Assembly: GCA_033442325.1 (NCBI GenBank) | Contig: JAWQFM010000033.1 | Span: 285,687 to 349,686, forward strand | Length of the DNA stretch: 64,000 nt | Direction: 5' to 3' | Source of the DNA: Salpingoeca rosetta | Lineage: Eukaryota > Protista > Choanoflagellata | In this document: in pieces, positions 1 to 17,190 of the stretch | Layout of the letters: every line of letters begins with the position of its first letter | Position numbering within the stretch: the first letter of the stretch is position 1 | Program-made: the position numbers and the translations under genes | The notes under the pieces: model-generated | Seen by the model: only the letters and a program-made list of their open reading frames with translations | The model's database searches: none | Told to the model about the DNA's origin: nothing

Positions 1-48
<48 letters not shown>
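1..48. repeat. (ATG)n microsatellite
   Basis: Perfect trinucleotide run at the window start. Confidence 0.95.
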
Positions 49-49
<1 letters not shown>

Positions 50-149
50 GGGTCTAGTGGTGGTCGTGGCCGTGAACATCGTGGTGTCTTGCATCTGAGC
101 CCTTACGTGCATCTATCTGTGTCCTAGTGCAACGTCGCTGCTTGGTGCA

Positions 150-1036
150 ATGGCAGATGAACAGCCTGCCCCACCAAATCACCAACACTTTGCCGCCGTT
201 GTTGCTGCTGCTGCTGCTGCTGCTGTTGTTGTTGTTGCTGTTGTTACGAATGCTCAGGAGGAGGTGAACATGCACCAGGTGGACTCGGGCGAATTTGTGC
301 CGGACCCCAACACACACGTCCACGCCGCCGTGCACAACCCTTTGCAACAGCCACGTACAAATGCGCGTAAGTGCACGTGAATCGTACGTGATTGCATCCC
401 GGTATCATTCTGTGTGCATGAAACCCTTTGTACAAACACTCACACATACACACAGCAAACAACCTCGTAAATACTTACGCACAAATACACACATCTTCCA
501 CATACTCACACGCATGCATTCATACACACATCAACGTCCTCATACACGTGCACACATGCCCACACTCACCACATACACATACACACACACATGCACGCAT
601 CCACGTACACACCGACACTCACTCACTCACTCACTCACCTCCCACCCTCCTCCGCACCTCCTGTGGGGAAGCAGTGCCCATGCCGGACTTTGGCCCGTCT
701 GTGCCTTCAGACTATTCGCTTGACGAGGCCCTGCGCGATTTCGAGGCAATGACGGCGCAGATGCAGCTGGAGGACCCGGGCAGTACCAACCTCCTCGACC
801 TCCCAGATGTCGGAGGTGAATGATCATGGCGGTGGTGACCTTGCTGGTGGTTGTGACCTTGCTGGTGGTGGTGACATTGGTGGTAGTGGTAGTGGTGGTG
901 GTGTTTGTACTACGACAGCGTATACATACAACACACGCCCGTGCACTCGCACACGCACATGGTCTTTGCGGTTGCTCTGCGCGCGTGTTTGTTCTCACGC
1001 TTCTGTTTGAATCGCACTTGCGCTACACACGCCGGC

Positions 1037-1114
<78 letters not shown>

Positions 1115-1277
1115 TATCAGAGGCGCCACAGGGCCCGAGCGAACAGTTTGCCCTCGACCTTCCGGATCGCATGCCATCACTGTAAGGCCACGTCAGCCCG
1201 TCACCTCCTGCTCGATCACATGCATGCCTGGGTGGGCCGCCCCTTTTCAACGAGAGCACGCACCCAACACGCGCGCA

Positions 1278-1315
<38 letters not shown>

Positions 1316-1796
1316 GCTCTTGACGGTGACCGCCTGAACCGATATCTTACCCTCCCCTCCCTCCCCCCCCCCCTCCTTTTCTTCGTGCATCCAGGGCGCT
1401 GGAGAACGAACTGATGAGCCTTGAGGACGATCGACGCTACCTCCAGGACCAGCTCACAGATGACGCTGTCGCAGACCCGTCCCGCGTACGTGACACGCGC
1501 ACTTACACACGTGTTTGTTGTGATGTGCGTGTGTGGTGTGCATTCAGAGTCACACACAGCGCACTCACTCACTCACTCACTCACTCACTCACTCACTCAC
1601 TCACTCATTCACTCACTCACACACACACACTCACACACACACACACTCACTCACTCACTCACTCGCTCTCCAACACCCCCTGCCCCCCCCCTCCTCCGCT
1701 CACACACGATTCACTCTGCAGCTCTTGGTCGGGCTCTCGGAAGTTGATGCAGAACTGGAGCTTGCTCAACAACGCACACACCATGACACCACATGA
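150..1796 (+). CDS. Small acidic orphan protein, ~194 aa, 5 exons (150-366, 675-815, 1121-1181, 1395-1485, 1722-1796)
   Basis: All four introns are GT..AG (donors gtaagt, gtgaat, gtaagg, gtacgt) with matching phases. The 585 nt read from MADEQPAPP to ELAQQRTHHDTT*. Short acidic amphipathic helices (SLDEALRDFEAM, LALENELMSLEDD). No recognised family. Confidence 0.7.
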
Positions 1797-2150
1797 CAGC
1801 GCGCATTACAACGCACGCTCTCGCAACTGATGCCGTTTCCTTCTTTCCTTGCATTGCAACCCCCCCCCCAAACACACACACACACACACACAGACACACA
1901 CGCTGCCACCACCAGCTACCCCTGCCACAAACAATTCCCTGGGTTATATCGTGTCTTTGACTGGTGCACCAAATTCGTATCTTGTTCACCACATGCATAT
2001 GTGCACCCTCCGTCTCCCCACCTTTGCTTGCGCTCTTGTGTACAACAACTAAATGCCCCCTAGTTTCGTGATGAGATATCTCAGTCTCACCATACACAGT
2101 CACACACACACACACACTCTCTCTCTCACACACATTCACACACTCACTCA

Positions 2151-2244
<94 letters not shown>

Positions 2245-2682
2245 CGCATACACACACACACACTCTCTCTCTCTCTCTGTCTCTCTCTCCCTCCCTCTCT
2301 TTCTATCTGTCTCCGTCTGGCCGGGTTGTTGGTTTAGAGGTGCTTTGGGCTGTGGTTGTTTTGCGGTGTGGCCGACCGGGAACGGCGCTGATTTGCCAAT
2401 TGTACTTCCAGCAAAGTTGTTGTGTCGATTGACGCCCCTCATTGCCCTCCCTGCACACGTGTACCCCAGATCAGACATCACAGAGAGACCATCGCTCCCT
2501 CATAGCATTGCCCGAGTCCCTGGCTCAGCTTTTGCCCGTCAAAGCAGACACAACAAAAATGGTGTCCCCACTACACATAATTTGCACAGAACCCGTCGCA
2601 GCGAATTTTCTTTCGGTCCCTCATAGTTGCTTCTCCCCATTACCTCCCCTCCCGAGATCTCGTGCAAGCGTGCAGCGCCGCT

Positions 2683-5600
2683 ATGGAGACCCCATTCCCT
2701 AACCCCTCTGCGTCTGGCTCGACCCGAAGCGTGGTACGTGTTGATGTGGTTATTAAGGTGCACAGCACACAGTACCGAGCGCGCACGAACGCACACATTG
2801 ATCGACTCTCATCGTGCGTGTTCCGCGCTGCTCGCCTGATCTGGTACACTGTGTCTACAGCAAGCTCCTTGCTCAAACAAACACACACCCATACCCACAC
2901 CCATTCCCTCATAACACCCGCGATCACGCACAAGCACACGCCATATCACACACATACACGCACACACATACACACATACAATCACATCACCCACCTCCGC
3001 ACACATATACACACATTCGTGTGCACACACACACACACACGCTGCAAACGCACGCATTTGACAACATCACACGCACGCGCATACACACGCACGCACATAT
3101 TCGTTCACACGCGGCGTAAGTTTGTCTACACATCACACACCGCACACGCCGACAGCATACGTGCGCCTGCAGATCGCACCGCACCCACACACACGCACAT
3201 TCATACATACACGCACACATGCACACACACACACACACATGTACGTGAGCTCACCCTTCTTCCAATTGCCATCGGTGTGTTGCTTATTTACTCGTCTGCA
3301 GGCGACCTCAGAAGACACGCCGAGCGCACATAGCGAACCGCCAAGCCTTACCCCCTCCGACAGCAACCCGCCCACAACCGCCAACACAGCAACAAAAGCA
3401 GACACAGCAACAACCGCCGACACAGCAACAACAGCAGACGCAGCAACAACACAGAGTGGTAGCACAACACACTCTCCTCAACCCACCTCCGCATCGGCAC
3501 CTTCAAGCACCGCCATGTCGTCGTCCTCGGCGGCGACGCGGACCACCAAGCACCGCAATCGATGCAGCTTCTTCGGGTGCTGGCGCAAGGACCGAGACAT
3601 GACCGACGGCGCCGTGCACATTGGCAAGATGCGACGAGAAGAAATCCTCCTGGGCCCAGGTGGATGGCCCGCCCCGCAGTCGTTTGAAGCCAAGTGCCGC
3701 TTCGACCGGGAGCTCTCCAAGGCTCGTGCCGTCGTCTGCGCATCCCATTTGAACGCAAAGGGCAGAGATAAGCGCACGCGTCGCAGCCGCAAGCCATTTT
3801 CGCCAACCGACTTTGTTCCAATGCATCGTTCCGTTGACCACGACCAAGACGAGCAGCAGCAGCAGCAACAACAATCGCACGCACAGCAGCAGCAGCAGCA
3901 GCAGCATCTGCCGCCGCAAGCATCGCAAGCCACATCGGCTTTCCTCCCCGCCGGTGCACAACATGGGGGCATGCAAAACGCGAGCGAATATGGCCACCCT
4001 TTCACCGCACAGCCCAGTGTCTTTCGGCATCCTCAACCACATGTATCTTCGATGATGCAGGATGCCACACTCTCCCGACCGCTTGCGCAACAGCCATCGT
4101 TGAGTCAGAACGTGCTGAGCTCGTTGTTATCGGCCATGTACCAGCCATCCCAACAGCAGCAACAACAACAACAGCCACAACAACAACAGCAACAACAACA
4201 GCAGCAGCAGCAGCTTCAGCAGCAACAACAACGGTACCAACAACACATGCAGCTGTCGCAGATGCAGATAGGGGGCCAACAGCAAACCGGCTTCGGCCAT
4301 TCCCAACAGCACTATGCACAACCGCACCGGCAGCAGCAGCAGTATAGCAGCCAGCACTACGCGCATCAGCAGCAGCTGCAAGGCATGCTGCAACAACAAA
4401 TCGAACAACTCCAACAGCAGCAGCAGCAGCAGCAGCAGCGAGCCCAACAACAGCAGCAACAAGCCCAACAACAGCAGGTGCAGCAGGCACACGGACTGAC
4501 ATTGGATTATGCAGCGCGGTTCTCATCGGCACTGCGCACGTCCATGACATCACAGCAGCAGCAGCAACAGCAGCAGCAGTGGCAGCAGCGTGCTAGCAAC
4601 ACCGTATCCTCATCGTCTCAACGAAACCCACTCAACCAGCACGGCTCGCGGCAGCTACAGCTGGCGCCAGCTCAAGCGCGAGCACGCAAGGATGAACGCA
4701 CGAGCCAGCATCCCCTGCAGAGAGAACGGCAACGAGAACAGCAGCAGCAAGAGCAGCAAGAACAACAGCAGCAAGAGCAACAAGAACAACAGCAGCAAGA
4801 GCAGCAAGAACAACAGCAGCAAGAGCAACAAGCGCAGGAACAATCGTCCACCCTTGACTCTGCCTCTCCCGTGGACGAACAAGACAGCAACGCGAGCGAC
4901 GACCGCAATCGCAACGACGTTGATGACGATGGTGGTAGTGGTGCCGATGGCCCTGATGGGCAGCGAGAGGGGGAGGACGGCAGTAGCTCCCAGCAGGTGA
5001 GCGTGAACAGTGACAGTCCCTCCAGCAGTGACAGCGGCGGCAACGGCAAGCGGGGCTCAACAAAGACATACAAGAAGGCTGCCTGCAGCACAAGCAGTAT
5101 CAACAGCACAAGCAGCAGCGGCAGCAGCAACAGCAACAGCGGGTCCGGCAGTAGCACAACCCGCCTTGCCCGTGTCTTGCACACCCTGCGCGACAAAGCA
5201 GATGACCCAGATGCAACCGCCACCCCAACGGCCACTCACGCTCCGACATCAGGAAGAGGGGCCAACACATCAGCCGCAACCCAAGACAACGCCAAGCAGG
5301 ATGCAACAGCTTCTGCACCAACGAAACCCACGGCGGCAACAGCAACGCTGCAACCACCACCACTGCAGCCGACGGGTTCAGCAGTGAAGCGCGATGGCAT
5401 CCGAGGCGGGGCAGGTGTTGATTACCACACACAGGTGGTTGAGGAGACGCTTGAAGCACTTGCAAAGAGCAAACGGCCCCAGGACACTGTGGCCGTGACG
5501 CTGGTCGCCAATGTGCAGCGCACTGGCGGTCAGCAGACAGTGGCTGTTGCGCAGCAGAAGAAGGTGCGTGGCGGCGTGGGTGGTGACTTGGATGCTGGGT

Positions 5601-7250
5601 TGGAGTTGGCAGGCGCGTTTCGAAAGCGCGACGGAGACTTGGGCGGTGGCCAGGATGATGACGACGACGATGATGGCGTGGCTAGCAGCAGCAGTAACGG
5701 CAACAGCAATAGCAACAGCAACACCAACGGCAGCAGTGGAAGCGGCAGCAGCAGCAACAACAATGCCATGCATGTGCATTCCTCATCGTCTTCAAGCACG
5801 ACCAACTCCAACGGTCACAACCAGCGGCTTGCTTCCGGTACATCTGGCATTTCCTCTGGCACGGGCGCGTCCCACCCAGACTCTGCGTCGTCATCGTCCC
5901 TCGCCACCAACACCCCCTCCAACGCAGCACCGCCCACAGCCACATGCACGGGCGAAGGCAGTGGCAGCACAAGCAGCCGCCCTCACAGTGCAAACAGCAG
6001 CAACAGCGGCGGCCGTGACGGTGCTGATGGTGCTGACGGTGCTGGTGGACATGGTGATCGTCACGAGCGAAGTGGCAGGAAAGGAAGCAGCAGTAGCAAT
6101 AGCAGTAGTAGCAGCAGCAGCATCAATAACAACGCTGCCACCACCAACAATGCTGGAGCGCGGCTCGCACCGCGCGGGCACCAGCGCATGCAGCCGCATG
6201 ACCACCTGAGGCGAAAAGTGTTTCGCCACCACAAGCATGATGCTCCTTCAAAGCAAGAGGCGGCGTCGTCGTCGTCATCATCGTCGTCATCACTCAACGT
6301 GCCGCCTTCTCAAGAGGCTGGGGAGGCCCTGCTCAGTCAACACATTCGACACAGGCGGCATCACGCCGAACAAGCACATCGAACAGGAGCCGTACACCAT
6401 CACCACCAGAAGAGCCAGCAACGGCAGCACCACTACCACCAACAGCAGCTGCAGCATCACCGCACGCACCATCACCAGCATCACCGCGGCGGTGCTCGTG
6501 GGGACGGGCAGGACCAGGCGGCCATGGGCAGTCACGCGGGTCGTTGGCGCGAACAGGACAGGCAGTGCCACATTGACGGCAAGCACAAAGGCAGCAGCAC
6601 CAGCACCAGCAGCAACACGTCGACCAACAGCAGCAGCGACGATGTGCGGCGCGTTGGCGGCAGTGGCAGGGGCACGCTAGCAGCGGCATCAGCAGCAACT
6701 ACACCTGCGGCGGGCAGCAGCCAGGCCAATCCATCTCGGACAGCTGCGTCTGACAATGCTGCGTCCTCCACAGCGCCACCAGCAGTCGGCACGCGAAACC
6801 GCAACTCAGGAGGTGCACGATCAATCCCAACCCAACAGCAACAGCAACATGAGCAGGAAGACGAGCAAGAGGAGGGACGGCAGCAGCAAGTGCGGCAGCG
6901 GGTGGTGCAAGGTTTTGAAGATGACTCTGCTGAGCATGAAGCGACGTCACCTGCATCGGGCTTACTCGCCCCGTCATCGTCCCAGGAGCCACTGGCCAGC
7001 ATGATGTCTTCGTCATCCTCGTCGTCGGTGCAGCCAGCATCGTCGCCCACCTCTGGCTCAGCATCATCGGTAACAAAGACATCAACAGACGACAAGCTGA
7101 CAACTGCGGTTGCTTCATCGTCATCGCCATCATCGGCCACGCCGCCGACAGCAAAGGGAAACCAGGCAGAAGAAAACAACGAACCAGGTGAGCAACACCA
7201 GCTACCACAGCAGCAAGACGAGCAGCAGCAAGAACAACAACAGCAGCAGC

Positions 7251-7348
<98 letters not shown>

Positions 7349-8072
7349 GAACAACAACAGCAATCACAGCAGCAACAGGAAGAAGATGATGAACAGCAAG
7401 AGGAGAAAGGGCAAGATGAGGCAGCAGGCGATGATCATGATGATGGGGAAGATAGGGACTCGGGGCAGGACGAAGACCAAGCCCGTGTGTCGCCGTCATC
7501 CTCAACAACATCCTCGTCATCGGTGTCGTCCTCAAGCTCGGGCCGCGCGCCCGTAGCAAAGAAGGCAAGAACTGGGGTGTCTCCACCAGATGTGGGCGAC
7601 GCAGCAGCGACAGCAGCAGCAGCAGCAGCAGCAGCACGTACAGGAGGTGCGGCAGCACCAACAGCACATGCGGCGGCGGCGACAACGCGACAGCGTGACA
7701 ACGCAACTGACACCATCAGCAACATCGACGACGGCAACAGCAACAACGATGAGGACGATGGCATCCCCGCCACGAACAGCAACAACAGTGGTGGTGGCAC
7801 CTCAGATGTGGCCGATGCCATGCACGCAAGCCAACAGCAACACATTCAGCAGCAGCAGCAACGAACAGCAGAGGACACAACAGCGCAGGCAAGCACACAC
7901 GCGCACAACATCAACAACAAGGAGCAAGGCGTGCGTCACATGGCAACAACACATGGTCGTGGCCCTCATGTTGGAAAGCCCCTTGCTGCGAATACATCGG
8001 GCGATGGTGGTAGGAATGACGCCAGTGCTGGCCGCCAGCAGGCTGCGCGCGCTGGCATGCAAGAACAACAGC

Positions 8073-8109
<37 letters not shown>

Positions 8110-8944
8110 CGTGGGTAACAGGCGTACCGGCAACAAGCCCCAGGGTGACGCAAGTCACAGCCAGGGAAAGAAGAGGGGTTCGCGTAGCCGGCGCCGGCAG
8201 TCTCGCCGCGAATCCAAAGCCAGCGGCCAATCGACCAACACTGGTGACCAAGCTGACACCGACGCGCGCAACTCGCGCCGACGCCGGCGTAGTCGTCGCA
8301 ATCAGAGAAGAAAGCAAGGTCGCAACAACTACAGCAGGCATCACGATAACAGTGGGAACGTGACTGTCAACGATGGCAAGGATAGCAACAGCGCCGGTGG
8401 GCGACCTGTGCGGGGACGAGGCAACAGATCAAGCCGCTACCGCCGCCGTCGCCGCGAGCACGTGCGCTCGCCATCCCTCCTGCGGTTTCGGCGTCAGTAC
8501 TTTAACCACCGCCACCACCACGACCCAGCTGTCATCCCACACCACCAGCTGCACCAGGGGCGGCGTGGCCGCAGCATGTCAACAACGTCCTCGTCACCGC
8601 GGTCGCACTCGTACACGTGCACAAGCTCGACATCCAGCTCACAGCGACACTCTGGCGAGGGCAACGGCGGTGGCGGTGACGGTGGGACTGCAGGCACGCA
8701 CACCCGCCGTGACCGCTCTGGATATGCTGAACTGCCCCCGCGCCGGCGGCGACGCTGGTCGTACAGTGGTAGCTCGCCAAGCACATCGCACGACAGCGGA
8801 CTGCGGGTACTCCAGACAGGGGCGCGTTCGGAGTCACCGCCACAACATGGGGAGCGCAGGCGAACGACAGAGGCAACCGGCACCCGCAACGCCCGCACCA
8901 CCAACAACAAAAGCAGCAGCAACAATACCAGCAACAATACCAGC

Positions 8945-9003
<59 letters not shown>

Positions 9004-10274
9004 CGGGAGCAACAGTGGCAACAACCACAAGGGGAGCAGCAGTGGCAACAACAATGGTAGTAGCAACGCTGCTGCTGCTGCCGGTAACAAGGCTGTCAAC
9101 GATCCCACCAACAAGCGCGACCGGAACAACCAGGGTGCCGGCGGTGACAGGGATGGAGCACACGTGCGAGTGGATAGCTCGTCGCCTGGTAGCAATGGCA
9201 GCCGTGGCAGTGGCAACAGCAACAACATGAGTACAAGCAGCGATGGCCGTGTGGGCGCGAGCATGGGTGTGCGTGGCATGGATGTGGCAGACTGGCGACA
9301 GCGTGGGGGGAACGATGGTGATGGCGGGAAACAAGCGGGTGGGGATCGAGGACACCACCAGCAAGATCGCCGCCGCCACCGCCGTCATCGCAGCGGTGGT
9401 GGTGGTGGTGGTGGTGGTGGCGACCGTGGGAGGACAGAGAGGACACGCAGAAGCCATGCCCTGAGCAGGGCCGGAGACGACATGGCGCAAGCACAGCAGC
9501 GACGCGGTTACGACAACAGCACCGCCAGCAGCAGCAGCAAGAACGCTGCGCGTCGGCGGGGGAAGCGGCGGGACACGAGTGGGCGGAGGAGCCGAAGCAA
9601 CACCACAGGCAGCACCAGGCATCGCAACAGGATGGAACAGAACAGGGCAGCAGCGGCGGCGGCGGCGATGCGTGGGGAAGGCGCTCCACCAAGACACCAG
9701 CGAGAGCGAAGCCGCAAGCAGCGTGATGGTGGTGGTTGTGGCGATGTTGGTCATGATGGTGAGGGTGGGGTCGCAGTTGTCACAAGGCGTGATGTTGCTG
9801 GTGGTGGTGGTGGTGGTGGTGGTGGATGTGTTGACCTGTCTGGGGTGTACGCGGACACGGCGCCCCTCGGTGTGCACATGCAGGCGATTGGTGTTGTGCC
9901 GATGGGTGGCGTGATGGGCAGCAACGCGTTTACGCTGATGCAACCACAGCAGCAGCTGCAACAGCTGAGGGAGCAGCAAAACCAGCAAGGACAGCAGCAG
10001 CAAGCACGCGCACAGCAAGTGCCGACCGAACAAGTGGCATCACAGCCTCTTCAGCCGTCGCCGGAGATGGTTTTGGCGGATCCCAGGCATCAAATGGAGA
10101 TGTTGGAACGACTGAATGCCATTTTGGCATATCGCAACTGGCAGCAAACCATGTACATCCAACAACTCGAGGTCGCGCTGCAGGCCCAACAGCAGCAACT
10201 ACAAGGGATGCAAGGGATGCAACAACAGTCGCAGCAGCTCCACCAGCCGCAACAAGCACCGCAACAAGCACCGC

Positions 10275-10320
<46 letters not shown>

Positions 10321-10327
10321 GCCATAA
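2683..10327 (+). CDS. ~2358-aa largely disordered Q/S/G/R-rich protein with N-terminal THAP-like C2CH zinc finger and C-terminal coiled coil (exons 2683-2733, 3302-10327)
   Basis: METPFPNPSASGSTRSV ends at donor gtacgt (2734) and joins in phase 0 to acceptor tgcag|GCG at 3302, in the frame of the 2401-codon ORF. C-x4-C-x52-C-x2-H followed by DFVP at 3563-3820. Helical segment EMLERLNAILAYRNWQQTMYIQQLEVALQAQ near the end. Confidence 0.8.
3563..3820 (+). other. THAP-like C2CH zinc-finger motif
   Basis: CSFFGC-x52-CASH, an internal W, and a downstream DFVP resembling the AVP box. This is the only ordered island in the N-terminal half of the protein. Confidence 0.55.
4735..4830 (+). repeat. 24-bp coding tandem repeat, (EQQQQEQQ) x4
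   Basis: gaacaacagcagcaagagcagcaa-type units inside the large ORF. Confidence 0.85.
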
Positions 10328-11305
10328 CAGCAGGAGGAGTGGAATCCCAAGTGAGCAGACGGCTGTGACAGTTATCAGCGCTGCAACTCTACTGTTTTGT
10401 TATGAATATGGTTTGTTTGGCATTCACCCTTCAAGCCTTCAACTTCATCGCCTTCCAGCTTCATCGATTTTTTCACACCCACCCACCACCCTTTGTGCTG
10501 GAGGCGGCAGGAGAGGAGGAGAGGGGTGTTCCTTCATGGCTTCTTGTAAACGGGTAAGTGTGTTCATAGTTTGTTTCTTTCTGTCATGTACAATCAGACA
10601 TTCTGCGTGCTCTCAGCGTCTCGTGGTCTTGTCCTTGCGAATAAAGCTGGCCATGACTCTGAAACACGCGTGATTCCATGAGCGCCCTCCCTCAGCACAC
10701 ACACAGAGAAGGGGAGAGGGTGTGGAGGGAAAGATGCAGCGAAAGAGTGTATGTGAGTGAGAAACACAGAAACACAGACAGAGCGTGTGCTTGTGCATGG
10801 GAACGAACACAAAAAGGAAGGCTCTCATATCCGACTACATTTTGTGGTGTGGAGAATTGACTGCACTGCGGCCTCGTTGTTTGTTGTCCGCCAACCCACA
10901 GGCACTCGTCGACACAAAGGGACAAGGTCTGCCAGACGCACGTGTGCGACGACAGCACCGACAAGGTGTGCCATCGACGGCCTCGTGCACTGCCTGGTGT
11001 TCATTGTGTTTGTGAAGCCCAGTGCGCCCTCGACACTCTTGAGCACCGCACCGCACGCACCCGTTTGTTTGTTTGTTAGTTTGTTTAGGTTTGGTTTGCT
11101 GACAGAGCCTGTCTTTGCTGTGTTTCCTCGTATCGACAGGGATTGGTGTTCCTCATGGCACAGAGAGCCCGCAAGCAACAGCCGCTGCCCACCAGTTCGT
11201 TCACGTCTTCTTGCGTTCATGCGTTTGGGAGAGACGGCTGCTTGAAGGCTGCACTGTCCCTTCCAAGGCCGCCTACTTTCCCCGGGCTCGTTGGCGGACG
11301 CGTGA

Positions 11306-16187
<4,882 letters not shown>

Positions 16188-17190
16188 AAGTTTGGCAAGC
16201 GAGCGTGTGCTGTGTGCATGCGTGTGCGTGGCATATGTATATGATGTGCACTGTGTGCGTGTGATCGAACCTAAGGGAATGTGAAGCATGTGCGAGCATG
16301 TGTGTATGTGTGTATGTGTGTGTGTGTGTGTGTGCGTGCGTGCGCGTATGTATTTGTGGCGAGACACGCTTCATTTGTATTTGTGGAGAGGCCTGCCTCG
16401 TTTGTACTACTACTGGCAAGCAAAGCATGGCTCATATGTATTTGTGCATTGTCTCGCGTTGTTCACATTCGTGTATGTTGTGTGTTTCATGTGTATTCAT
16501 TGGTTGTTGTTGCGGCTGCGCCATCATGTAAACAGACTTGAGGATTGGCAGATGAGCGTGACCATCAGCGAGATGAGTTGTGACATGCGCTTCATTGTGT
16601 CTCGTTTCGTTGACTCGGTGTTCATGTGACCGAAAGGTTGTGGTTGGTTGGACATGGAAGGCGCCAGCACATTCGCTCATCCCATCGGTCACCACACAAT
16701 GCGAGAAACGACAACAAATGTGAAATGAACAACGTCACCCCATCTGTTGACTTGCACCGCACAAGCACTCACGCACGCAAGCTACCACTGTGCAGTGCAC
16801 ATACCACCAACGGCACGCACACAAGCACACACAAGCACACACACACACGGGGATGCAGGGTGTAGGATGGGAAGAAACGAAAGAACAGAAAAAAATGAAA
16901 AGAAAAAAGCCTCGACACACGAGGGCGGAAAAACAGGACAGTGAATGACATGCAACGATGGAAGACATAACACGAGCACGCTCAACACCACATGGAGGAT
17001 CTATCACACAAGGTGGTCAAGGGGAATGAACAACGACGGTGGATGGAGGGGTCCAACAACACGTCGATCAATGTGGTGATGGTGAGGATGATAATGAACT
17101 TTGGTGTTTGGGCGGGGGAGGCGGGTGCGGAGATGAATGGAAGTGATGGATTAGTTGATTGGTTGTTTGGTTGGTTGGTTGGTTGGGCGA

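Noticed and set aside
3563-10327. P-element or other THAP transposon
   Set aside because: No transposase catalytic region, terminal inverted repeats or target-site duplications seen.
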